This document shows, in pieces, positions 16,769 to 26,029 of a stretch of 64,000 nt of DNA (position 1 is its first letter; each line of letters starts with the position of its first letter). A program made the translations under genes and the position numbers. The DNA comes from Flavobacterium selenitireducens (GTDB taxonomy: Bacteria > Bacteroidota > Bacteroidia > Flavobacteriales > Flavobacteriaceae). The notes below the pieces were generated by a model. It saw only the letters and a list, made by a program, of their open reading frames with translations. It was not told the origin of the DNA and made no database searches. Where the stretch lies: assembly GCF_014748335.1 (NCBI RefSeq), contig NZ_JAAVIY010000002.1, positions 162,840 through 226,839 of the forward strand. Reading direction: 5' to 3'.

Positions 16769-19700
16769 TTACTTGATTAGTACAAAAGTTCGGGTTTCAG
16801 ATACAGTCCGGCCATAAAAGGTTCTAGCGGTAACCTTGCAGTAATAATTCCCGTTTTCGGCTCCGGCGCCTTTAATCGTGCCATCCCAACCGACCAAAAC
16901 ATTGCCCATTTCGCTAAAGATCATGGAGCCCCACGAATCGTAAATTTCGAGTCGGATCGCTTCGAGACGCTTTGAAACCGGACGGTAATTGTCGTTGAGG
17001 TTGTCGTTGTTCGGCGTAAATGCAGTGGGTATCGTCAGGAAATAGCCATCTTCGACTATTAGCGTGATGACTTTGGTATAGCGGCATCCAAACGGATACG
17101 TGACGGTCTGTACGACAACATAAGAACCTGGATTCACGTAAGTATGCGTCGGGCTGACTTCGCTTGAGAAAGTGCCATCCCCGAAATCCCAAACCACGGT
17201 TTCGTAATCGCCTGTGATCGTGCTGTTGAACGCTATTGGATCTTCTATCGAAAAAATGCCGTAGTGTTCATTCCCATAAGAATCCATGTCAAAATCGATA
17301 TAACCCAGCACCGGAATGTCAACGTTCACCGAATACTGCATCGAACAACCCAATGCGTCAGTTGCCGTCAACATTACGATTCCGTTTGTAGTGGTGTGCA
17401 TTATTTCATTGTTAACGCCTGAAACCGTCCCACTTGACCATTGCAATTGATAAGGCGGTAATCCGCCCGTGACGCTTGCCACGAAATCTTGGCTGACTTC
17501 GTGCGTTTCGCAATTAAAATCGGTTTGGGTCGTAACTGAAATTGCGATCGGGTCTGGACGCAGAACCGAGTACTGGCCGTTCGTGACACATCCTCGCGAA
17601 TCCGTGACCTCGACGGTGTAGTTGCCATTTGTAAGGTTTGTCAGGTCTTCGGACGTGCTTCCATTCGACCATGCATAGTCGTACGGTGGCGTTCCACCAG
17701 CCACCAAAAGGTCGATCGCGCCGCCGTTCGAAGAATTGCAGTCGTCCGCATTATTGATTTGGGCGGAAAGTACAAGGGGCTGAGGCTCGACAATAACAAA
17801 ACTGCGTTGTATCACGCAAGGTTTCCCATCGGTAATCGTAACGGAATACGTCCCCGCTGATAAGTTATTGCGCGTCAAACCAGCCGGGCTGCCGTCGCTC
17901 CATACCAAGGAAATCGGAGCAATTCCTCCAACGAGATTCAGTGCGATGCTGCCATCCTGTTCGCCGTGGCAACTGATTTGAGTCACAACAGGATTCACCG
18001 TAAAAATCGGAGCTTCCGGAATATTTATCAACAGCGATTTTACGCAACCCAACGCATCGGTAACAGTAATCGTATAATCGCCTGCCGCCAGATTCGTCTG
18101 GTTGAGTATCGTTGCCATATTGCTCCAAACAAAAGAGTAAGGTGCAATTCCTCCGCTCAAATTCACTGTAAGATTGGCGTCGTTCGCTCCGTAGCAGGTA
18201 ATTTCCGATGCGGTATACGTTATCAGAATTTCAGGATTTTGAGTAACCGTAGCAGTTAATGTCGTCTGACAATTATTGGCATCGGTCACCGTCAAAATAT
18301 AATCTCCGGCAATCAGATCCGCAATGTTTTGATCAACACTCGTAAATCCATTCGGGCCAGTCCATGCAAATTGATACATGTTTGGATTGGTCGCGATCTG
18401 AGTTCCACCTGCGACCGCAACGGAAAGTGCGCCCGTATTGGCTCCAAAACATTCTATGTTAGTTTGGGCTGAAACCGATGCAACCAGCGGCTGAGGTTCT
18501 GTAATCGTAAAAGTCATCATGATCGCCGGACAAGCGTTTTGATCGGACACCGTAACCTCGTAATTGCCAGGCGCCAGTCCGATAAGATTTTGGCTTGTCG
18601 AGAATGGAGCCGTGTCTTTTGTCCAATTGAACGTATAATTTGGCGTTCCTCCGATGATGGCGATAGAAATCGCACCGTCCGATAAACCGTTGCAGGTGAC
18701 GTCGGTTTCGGACGAAGTTAAGAATTCCAGTTGAGCCGGTTCGGAAATCGTGTACGTGTCCGAAAAAGGACAACCGCCTTCGTCGATGATCGTCACCGAA
18801 TATTGTCCCGGAGCAAGGTTTGAGATGTTTGCATCGGTAGCAATAAATCCATTCGGCCCAGTCCAGGAATAGAGATATGGCGAACCGGTCGGAAACGGAA
18901 TTCCACCAACGACATTTGTGGTGATCGACGCGGTATTCGCACCAAAGCACAAGTTATCGTTGACCGTTACATTCGGACTGATCGCAGGATTTACGGTTAC
19001 GACAACTTGAAAAGGCACGCCCGGACAATTTCCGGAAAGCGGCGTAACATTGTAGGTAACCGTCGCGGCGGATGTAGTAACGTTCACAAGTTGCTGGCTG
19101 ATGTTCGTCTGCGGAAGCGTTTGTGCCGAACTGCCGGTAATCGATCCGGAAGGGGAAACCGTCGGTGAGGACCAAGTAAATGTAGTTGCTAACGGAACGA
19201 TGTCGCTTCCTTCGGATGTCGGCGTGATCGTAAAATTGGCCCCGCTACAAATCGTTTCGGTTTTATTTGAAATTATCGGATTCTGGTTGATCGAAATCTG
19301 CACGGCATTCGTACTCACACTCGAGCAGTTGCCTGCCAAATCTGGAAACGTCACCGTGGCATAGTAATAAAAGTCGCCAACGATATCGTTATCCGGAACA
19401 TAGGTGGCTGATGTCGCGCCACTAATTGCGCTTCCGCCGACATTTGTCGCCGTAACATTCGAAAACCACTGATACGTCGCATTTCCTACGCCATTGATCA
19501 CCGAAAAGCCAAGAGCGGAAACCGATTGTCCGCTGCAAATTGTTTGAGATGCCGGCTGGGTTGAAATCTGCGGTGCAGGGGAAACCGTGACCGCGGCAAC
19601 TTCACTCTGTGCGTTGCAGCTCGCGCTTGTCGCTTGGCTGACGATACAATAGTAATACATTGTCCCGGTCGTGTTAGTTGGGGGAGTTATCGTCGGATTC

Positions 19701-22700
19701 GTCTCACCCGGAATAGGCGTACCTGAACCGTTTGGAGTCGGTGATTGGAACCACTGGTATGAATAGTCCGTTCCGATTCCGCCAGTAACTGCAACAGAAA
19801 GCGGCGTCGCATTCTCATTCGGACACAAGGTTTGCGACGCAGTCGGTTGAGCTGTAACAACTGGATCCGCTACAACGGTTACTTGGGCTATCTGGCTCGT
19901 CACGGGCGCACATCCGCTCGCGCTCAATTGTATCGAGACATAATAATAGTAGATTCCGGGAGTCGTAAACACCGCGGGCGTAAACGAACTTGAATTAGTT
20001 CCAATAGCCGTTCCTCCAGATGGATTCGGAGAGTTCGTCGAATACCACATATACGTCGGCGTTCCTGTTCCGCCTGTGTATGTCACTGTAAGCGGTGACG
20101 GCAATGTGCTTCCGACGCAAATCTGTTGCGAAGTCATCGGTTCAGCCGAAATCGTCGCGCCTGGCGTAACGATTATAGTCGCCACTTGGGTCGAAATCGT
20201 GGCGCAGGATCCTGTTATTCCGGAAAACGTGATTGCACAATAGTAATAAAATATTCCGTCTGCGCTGGAAGATGGTGTGTACGTTGCAGTTGTGGCGCCC
20301 GGAATTGGTGTTCCGCCGGAATTAGTGTTTGTCGTATTTTCAAACCATTGGTACGTTGCCGCTCCTTGTCCGTTTGCGGTAGTAAAGGTCAGGGCTGCTA
20401 TTGTTCCGCCAAGGCAAACCTGGCTTGAAAGCGGTTGAACCATTACGGAAGGAGAAGTGTTTACCGTCACGACGGACACCGAACTTGTCACCGAACAGCC
20501 CGAAGTCGCCTGACTCGCGACGCAGTAATAATAAACTGTACCGACATTGGTCGTTGGCGGATCGAAAGTGGGATTTGTCGCGCCGGGAATCGGGATGCCG
20601 TTTGCCGTGGAATTTGTAGGGCTTGAGTACCACTGATAGGTGAAAGTTGCGGCCGATCCGCCGGTTGCCGCGGTTGTGAGGAGTTGAGGCGTTGCGTTCT
20701 GACACAAGATTTGGGAAGCAACCGGCTGAGCGGTAAACGTCGGATCCGGAAGCACTTCAACGTGAGCGACCTGGCTGGTGGCATTTCCGCATCCGACGCC
20801 CGAAAACGTGGCAACCAAGTAGTAATAATGGTCTCCCGCAGCATTGAAATTCGACGGTGTAAACGCGGCCGAAGTCGCGCCAGGAATGGGATTTCCGCCT
20901 GAATTCGAATTTGTTCCGTTGGAGTACCATTGATAGGCAGGTGTTCCCGTCCCGCCCGAAACGGAAGCGGTCAATGCCGAAACCGTTCCTCCGACGCAAA
21001 TCGTTTGGGAGGCTATTGGCTGGGCCGAAACCTGTGGCAGCGGGTGCACCGTAATTTGTGCGACGGCGCTAGTCAATGCCGAACATCCGCCGGATCCCAA
21101 CGACGCGATTACATAATAATAAACCGTTCCCGCAGCTGTTGTTGGAGGCGTAAAAGTTGAATTTGTCTGGCCTGAAATGGGATTTCCGCCTGTGTTTGAA
21201 TTCGATATGTTAGAAAACCATTGATACGTTGGCGTGGCCGAACCTGCGTTTATCTGAAAGCCCAACGGATTGGCAGTTCCATCCTGACAAAGCGTTTGGG
21301 GCTGAGGCTGGCTTGTGATAGTTGGTGCCGGAGTGACAGTAATAACGATCGTGACGGGCGTTCCGAGACAACCCGCTGTCGATGGCGTGACGACATAGGT
21401 TAAAGTTCCGGTTCCCGTGCCCGAATACATTAAAGTTTGCGCGGGAATTATCGCGCTCGTTCCGCTCAATTGCGCACCCGTGACGCCGCTTGATTGTGTT
21501 CCAGTCCAACTGTATGTGGTGTTTGGTAAAGATGAAGCCAAATTGATCGCGGCGGTAGAGGTTCCCGAGCAAATCGTTTGGTTCAAACTGGAATTCGTGA
21601 TTGTCGGGGACGCACTAACGGAGAACGACTGTGTGGCGGTGGTTGAGCTTCCGCATTCATTGGAAACCGTTAGTGAAATTGTGTAATTTCCGGATGTCGA
21701 ATAAGAAATTGGACCCGGATTTTGTGCCGTTGACGAACTTGGTGTGCCGCCGGGAAAACTCCAGTTATAGTTCAGTGCACTGATGGCCGTGGTCGAACAT
21801 GAAGCGACTACCGCTTGGGGCGTTATGGTTCCAGAACCGCACAGATTGGAGACGGTATTGATCGACGCAGTGGGTGGTTTTTTGACGGTGACGGATTGGT
21901 CAACAAAAGTGGAACCACAGGAATTTGTTGTCGTTAATCTGATTGTGTACGTTCCAGGTTCAGTAAAATTAAAACCCGCGTTTGTCGAAGTTTGACTTGG
22001 GATGTTTACGGTAGAGGTCCCACAAAATCCTGAAGTATGAACAACAGACCATGTGTTTGTAGCGGTTCCACAAACCGACGTCAGATTCGTCGTATTCGTC
22101 GCAGAAACTGAAAGCGGCGCGCAGCCGGTATTCGTGTTAAGCGTGAATTGAGGTAATAGCGGGGCCGAAACGCAGATAGTCTTGACTTCGGTGTCGATAC
22201 CGCATTTGTTGGCGATTTTAAGGGTTAATGTGTACGTGCCAGGCAAATTAAAGATCAGACATAAATTGGCCGATCCGGGAAGCCATTCACCGGGATCGAT
22301 TGAACCAAAATCATTTCCTAGATTACTCCCGGCCGACAACGTGAAACCAGTAGAAGGAGATATATTCCAAACTCCCGCCGGACCAGAACACTGACCACCA
22401 AGAATTTGATTTCCTGCAGAAGTGTTGTTTAGGCAGACAGTATTCCCTGTGCAAGCCCCATTCGGTACATCGAAACTTGCTTGCGGCATCGCGGAAACAT
22501 AGATTGGAACAACGCCAACGGAGGATGTTGCACAAGGGTTCGAGGCAACGATGTTTGCGGAAAACGAATTTGGATAACTATTGCTTCCATCGGAACTATT
22601 TGTTCCACACGACGAGATATTAAAAGTGTGGGAGACGTTTAAAGGTGGAGGATGATTAAAAACCTGAGGGGGCGACCCATCGTTAAATGTAACTGTATAA

Positions 22701-23470
22701 ATTGTTCCTGTCGGATTATTGGCCGTCCCCGTTATTGGAAAAGTCAAAGTTTGATTTGAACAAACATCTGTATTTCCAGGATTTCCTAAGCCTACCGCTG
22801 GATTGTTGCCGATGAATACAGTATATGCGCGGCTTTTTGAACATCCATTAGTCCCGATTATTGTATAGGTTAAGGTATAAATGCCCACCGCATATGGATG
22901 GGTCAATGTTGTCCAATTCGTTCCTGTAAAATTTGGTGAATTATCGCCCCAATTGATGGTGTAAGATTGATTTGTAGCTGTCGTAGACGATGTGTTTGTA
23001 AAATTAAATGTTGTGCTTCCATTGGAACAAACTCGGAAAACTGGGAAACCGTTAAATGTTGTTCCCGCGCCAGTTCCGCCCATTGTCGGATCGGGAGAAA
23101 GTGAAACTTGATAAGAACCAGTCCCAGTGACATTTTGAGACTCGCCATCGCTGTCCTGAACACTTGTTAAAGTATAGGTCGTTGTGCCGGTCAAGCTAGT
23201 AGTCCCACTTAGTGTAAAAACTCCGGCCCCATTTGAATTTCCGGTGGTCTGAGGCGCGCCATTATTTATGGTATACGTAAAAGTATAAGGCGCGTTCCCA
23301 CCACTTCCCGTAAAGGTAATTGTCGGTCCCGGGCTATTCTGACAAAATGGACTTCCTGAACTAACAGCAATCGTTGCAGACGGGGGCAAAACGTCAGCTT
23401 CAGCAATCCATCCAAAACATAAAAAAGCGAATAGTAGAAAAATCCTCATAGGCGAAAAAATTAGATGCAA
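16769..23470 (-). CDS. SprB-like cell-surface adhesin with type-B T9SS C-terminal domain
   Basis: A 2233-aa product with a signal peptide. It contains at least 10 tandem approximately 95-aa Ig-like repeats (motifs YQWF.N..., YYYC/YYYV). It has several SprB-type repeats (C.GA..G.I......GG..PY.F.W). It ends with a gliding-motility-type C-terminal domain (FTPNNDNLNDNYRP...YDSWGSMIFS...GWDGT). Confidence 0.85.
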   Translation of the reverse strand: MHLIFSPMRIFLLFAFLCFGWIAEADVLPPSATIAVSSGSPFCQNSPGPTITFTGSGGNAPYTFTYTINNGAPQTTGNSNGAGVFTLSGTTSLTGTTTYTLTSVQDSDGESQNVTGTGSYQVSLSPDPTMGGTGAGTTFNGFPVFRVCSNGSTTFNFTNTSSTTATNQSYTINWGDNSPNFTGTNWTTLTHPYAVGIYTLTYTIIGTNGCSKSRAYTVFIGNNPAVGLGNPGNTDVCSNQTLTFPITGTANNPTGTIYTVTFNDGSPPQVFNHPPPLNVSHTFNISSCGTNSSDGSNSYPNSFSANIVASNPCATSSVGVVPIYVSAMPQASFDVPNGACTGNTVCLNNTSAGNQILGGQCSGPAGVWNISPSTGFTLSAGSNLGNDFGSIDPGEWLPGSANLCLIFNLPGTYTLTLKIANKCGIDTEVKTICVSAPLLPQFTLNTNTGCAPLSVSATNTTNLTSVCGTATNTWSVVHTSGFCGTSTVNIPSQTSTNAGFNFTEPGTYTIRLTTTNSCGSTFVDQSVTVKKPPTASINTVSNLCGSGTITPQAVVASCSTTAISALNYNWSFPGGTPSSSTAQNPGPISYSTSGNYTISLTVSNECGSSTTATQSFSVSASPTITNSSLNQTICSGTSTAAINLASSLPNTTYSWTGTQSSGVTGAQLSGTSAIIPAQTLMYSGTGTGTLTYVVTPSTAGCLGTPVTIVITVTPAPTITSQPQPQTLCQDGTANPLGFQINAGSATPTYQWFSNISNSNTGGNPISGQTNSTFTPPTTAAGTVYYYVIASLGSGGCSALTSAVAQITVHPLPQVSAQPIASQTICVGGTVSALTASVSGGTGTPAYQWYSNGTNSNSGGNPIPGATSAAFTPSNFNAAGDHYYYLVATFSGVGCGNATSQVAHVEVLPDPTFTAQPVASQILCQNATPQLLTTAATGGSAATFTYQWYSSPTNSTANGIPIPGATNPTFDPPTTNVGTVYYYCVASQATSGCSVTSSVSVVTVNTSPSVMVQPLSSQVCLGGTIAALTFTTANGQGAATYQWFENTTNTNSGGTPIPGATTATYTPSSSADGIFYYYCAITFSGITGSCATISTQVATIIVTPGATISAEPMTSQQICVGSTLPSPLTVTYTGGTGTPTYMWYSTNSPNPSGGTAIGTNSSSFTPAVFTTPGIYYYYVSIQLSASGCAPVTSQIAQVTVVADPVVTAQPTASQTLCPNENATPLSVAVTGGIGTDYSYQWFQSPTPNGSGTPIPGETNPTITPPTNTTGTMYYYCIVSQATSASCNAQSEVAAVTVSPAPQISTQPASQTICSGQSVSALGFSVINGVGNATYQWFSNVTATNVGGSAISGATSATYVPDNDIVGDFYYYATVTFPDLAGNCSSVSTNAVQISINQNPIISNKTETICSGANFTITPTSEGSDIVPLATTFTWSSPTVSPSGSITGSSAQTLPQTNISQQLVNVTTSAATVTYNVTPLSGNCPGVPFQVVVTVNPAISPNVTVNDNLCFGANTASITTNVVGGIPFPTGSPYLYSWTGPNGFIATDANISNLAPGQYSVTIIDEGGCPFSDTYTISEPAQLEFLTSSETDVTCNGLSDGAISIAIIGGTPNYTFNWTKDTAPFSTSQNLIGLAPGNYEVTVSDQNACPAIMMTFTITEPQPLVASVSAQTNIECFGANTGALSVAVAGGTQIATNPNMYQFAWTGPNGFTSVDQNIADLIAGDYILTVTDANNCQTTLTATVTQNPEILITYTASEITCYGANDANLTVNLSGGIAPYSFVWSNMATILNQTNLAAGDYTITVTDALGCVKSLLINIPEAPIFTVNPVVTQISCHGEQDGSIALNLVGGIAPISLVWSDGSPAGLTRNNLSAGTYSVTITDGKPCVIQRSFVIVEPQPLVLSAQINNADDCNSSNGGAIDLLVAGGTPPYDYAWSNGSTSEDLTNLTNGNYTVEVTDSRGCVTNGQYSVLRPDPIAISVTTQTDFNCETHEVSQDFVASVTGGLPPYQLQWSSGTVSGVNNEIMHTTTNGIVMLTATDALGCSMQYSVNVDIPVLGYIDFDMDSYGNEHYGIFSIEDPIAFNSTITGDYETVVWDFGDGTFSSEVSPTHTYVNPGSYVVVQTVTYPFGCRYTKVITLIVEDGYFLTIPTAFTPNNDNLNDNYRPVSKRLEAIRLEIYDSWGSMIFSEMGNVLVGWDGTIKGAGAENGNYYCKVTARTFYGRTVSETRTFVLIK

Positions 23471-23852
23471 ACGGTAATGACGCTTTCCGGCGGATACAAT
23501 ACGGCGTAATGCGTATTTTCCCGTCGGAAATCATTTTTGAAATCCCGGCAAAACCGAAAAATAAAACTGTAATGAAATTTGTTTGGTCGGCAAATGTAAA
23601 AATTTTCACTTCACCGCATCGGTTAAACATGTTTTCCTTGCGAAAGTAACCGCTTGCCTAAGATTTGTCTTACGGAATACCATAATCGACGCAAAAAATA
23701 AGATGGTAATGAAACCTTTTGCAGCATGATCACCATTTATCGAAAACAATGCTTGGGACAAATTACAATAAAACACAACCCATAATTTGTTCAATACCAA
23801 TTACTTTAGTTTCTCACACGCAAATCTATAGCGAACTTTCCAAAAAAAAACC

Positions 23853-24680
23853 ATGGAAGTTCCTCAGCTCGAAGCCATCCAAACCGTCCTGACAAAAATC
23901 CTCGGGGCAAATACCAGTTATTGTTATGAGAACGACAATGAGTTCAATGTGTTTGGCCTGAGCGGAATTGGGCGAGCGCAACATCGGCTGGGCATATTGA
24001 TCGTTTCGGATAACGACGCGACCTCGCTTCCTGGTCAGATTTCTCAGGAAATCGAGGCCGCGTTCGAATGCGAAATGCCCATTGCGCTGCTGTTGCACAA
24101 ACCAAAATCCTTACAAACCAAATCCCACGACCAACGCTGGTTTTTCGACCAGGTGATGCGATTCGGATATAGGATGACGCTGGACCATAAAAACCCGCCT
24201 TACCTGAACCAAACGGGATTTCCGCAACGCGATATTCCAGGCGCCCGTCAATATTGGGACAAGTGTAGCGCCCTGGCCAACCAGTATTTCGAAAGTGCGG
24301 TCTCAAGCGAAAGGCTCGACGTAGAACTGATTAAAGTAGCGATGCTTTCGACCGCCATGGAATTTGTCGCATTGGGATTGATACGGGTATTCATCGGCTA
24401 CACGCCCAATCGCCACAGTCTGAAATTTCTGTTCTCGATCACGGGTGCCTTCACCGACATACACGAAAAAATATTTGAACCACATACGGAGGTCGGCCAA
24501 AGATGCCTGAAACGACTTTACGCGTCTCCCAACATGTTGCGCCATTGGAATGAACTGAAAATGGACGAATCAGACTACGCGTTTCTGGAAAGCACTTGTG
24601 AACGGTATCTGACGGAAGCCACGCAACTTTCACTAAACGAATTACAACGACTCGAAACAATCAAACACAGCAACTCATGA
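23853..24680 (+). CDS. Hypothetical cytoplasmic protein
   Basis: A 275-aa ORF with no signal peptide. The segment GLSGIGRAQHRLGILIVSDND is weakly reminiscent of a nucleotidyltransferase GS...D.D motif, but the order is atypical. Confidence 0.55.
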   Translation: MEVPQLEAIQTVLTKILGANTSYCYENDNEFNVFGLSGIGRAQHRLGILIVSDNDATSLPGQISQEIEAAFECEMPIALLLHKPKSLQTKSHDQRWFFDQVMRFGYRMTLDHKNPPYLNQTGFPQRDIPGARQYWDKCSALANQYFESAVSSERLDVELIKVAMLSTAMEFVALGLIRVFIGYTPNRHSLKFLFSITGAFTDIHEKIFEPHTEVGQRCLKRLYASPNMLRHWNELKMDESDYAFLESTCERYLTEATQLSLNELQRLETIKHSNS

Positions 24681-25078
24681 CAACTGCAGGATTAACGCTC
24701 GCCCCGGAGTTTTTGGCACTTGCCGCCGATCATTTCCGGTTACTAACATCAGAAAACCTCAAAAAAAAGCAAGACACCGTAGAACTTCGGCTTTCAGGTT
24801 ACAGCGATGTCATGTTTTTGATAGCCGATATCGTAAAAGTTTCGCTCCTGGCTTTGAACAAAGGAGAAAACAGCGATTACCCATTCATTCCTGATCCCGC
24901 CTCGAACGTAAGTGGCGTGCTCTCGGTGATCCTCGATTTACTTCCGTATGAAGAAGCGAACCTGCTCGATAAGATCCGAGGTGCCGTTCCCGACCATGGT
25001 GGCGCACAAGAAGAAGATTGGGATTTTATATCGCAAAGCATCAGGCTTACGGCTCCTGCGAGTCTATCAAACGAATAG
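24677..25078 (+). CDS. Hypothetical protein, start overlapping the upstream gene (ATGA)
   Basis: A 133-aa ORF in a translationally coupled arrangement with 23853..24680. Confidence 0.5.
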   Translation: MTTAGLTLAPEFLALAADHFRLLTSENLKKKQDTVELRLSGYSDVMFLIADIVKVSLLALNKGENSDYPFIPDPASNVSGVLSVILDLLPYEEANLLDKIRGAVPDHGGAQEEDWDFISQSIRLTAPASLSNE

Positions 25079-25245
25079 ACCATTGGAGTGGGCGATTCAT
25101 ATATGGAAGAGGATATTGGATGAAGTCGTCGGTGCGTCGAACATTTACGTTATTGATAGACAAGTTTTTAATCATGTTCAGCAGATTGCGGAAATCCGTA
25201 AATCCATATTTTCCATATGCGTTAGATTTGTGAAAATCCTTTACA

Positions 25246-25989
25246 ATGAAAAAATTTATACTTATTGGCATTCTCGCAGTTTTTAGTTCCTGCTCTACAA
25301 ACAAATTTTATCAGATTTATAAGACAAAACCAGTGGCATCCGATTCTCAAAGCAACGTTTATGAGACTCCCGAGTGCCGGATTTCGTATGATTTTTGGGC
25401 AGAAGGAGGCGATGCGGGCTTTACGATTTACAACAAAACGTCCGAACCGTTGACCGTCAACATGGCCAAATCATTTTATATCGTAAACGGAAAGGCATAC
25501 GATTATTTCCAGGCACGCACTTTTATGACGGCAAAATCCGAAACGAAAGCGGCTTATGCAAGCACGTATCTCTATCGCCTGAACATGGCCTCGTCCGCAG
25601 CTGTTTCCAGTGGGCATTCTACTTCATACGTTGAACGACCTGAAATAATAATTCCTCCAAAAAGCGCTAAAGATTTCAGGGAATACACGATCAACCTGCT
25701 TTATTTCCCGCACTGCGACTTAGTTAAATATCCGACGAAGCGCAAGATCAAGTCGGTGAATTTTGGTTTGGAAAATTCTCCCTTCGCGTTTTCCAACAGC
25801 ATTTCGTATGTCGCGAACGGGAAACCGACAACCGTCGTACACGACTTCTACGTTCATGAAATCGTCAATTTGCCGTTGAGCGAGGAAATCAAGAACGTCA
25901 AATTGGAACGATGCGACAGAACCGTGAACGGATTGAAGCATGTAAACGAATCCAAGGACAACTTTTACATCGAATACAGCAAGAAGTAA
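25246..25989 (+). CDS. Hypothetical lipoprotein
   Basis: MKKFILIGILAVFSSCSTNK has a signal peptide plus lipobox. The product is 247 aa. Confidence 0.6.
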   Translation: MKKFILIGILAVFSSCSTNKFYQIYKTKPVASDSQSNVYETPECRISYDFWAEGGDAGFTIYNKTSEPLTVNMAKSFYIVNGKAYDYFQARTFMTAKSETKAAYASTYLYRLNMASSAAVSSGHSTSYVERPEIIIPPKSAKDFREYTINLLYFPHCDLVKYPTKRKIKSVNFGLENSPFAFSNSISYVANGKPTTVVHDFYVHEIVNLPLSEEIKNVKLERCDRTVNGLKHVNESKDNFYIEYSKK

Positions 25990-26003
25990 AGCGTGAAAAC
26001 GAA

Positions 26004-26024
26004 TGGCCGTGCGATCATCACGGC
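26004..26024. terminator. Bidirectional terminator hairpin between convergent genes
   Basis: GGCCGTGcgatcatCACGGCC followed by GTTTTCATTT. The flanking genes end at 25989 (+) and 26030 (-). Confidence 0.5.
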
Positions 26025-26029
26025 CGTTT

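Noticed and set aside
16914-23163. Dozens of 60-160-aa ORFs on both strands inside the SprB-like adhesin gene (for example 18459..18950 -, 19101..19364 +, 20340..20705 -).
   Set aside because: They are nested within or antisense to a 2233-aa ORF with coherent repeat architecture. They are Arg/Cys/Ser-rich, have low-complexity products typical of out-of-frame translation of G/T-rich repeat DNA, and have no independent signals.
23853-25078. Calling the overlapping 275-aa/133-aa pair an MNT-HEPN toxin-antitoxin.
   Set aside because: The GS...DxD-like segment has hydrophobics on the wrong side of the acidic pair, and no R-x4-6-H HEPN motif is evident. The pair is kept as an unclassified two-gene module rather than a named system.
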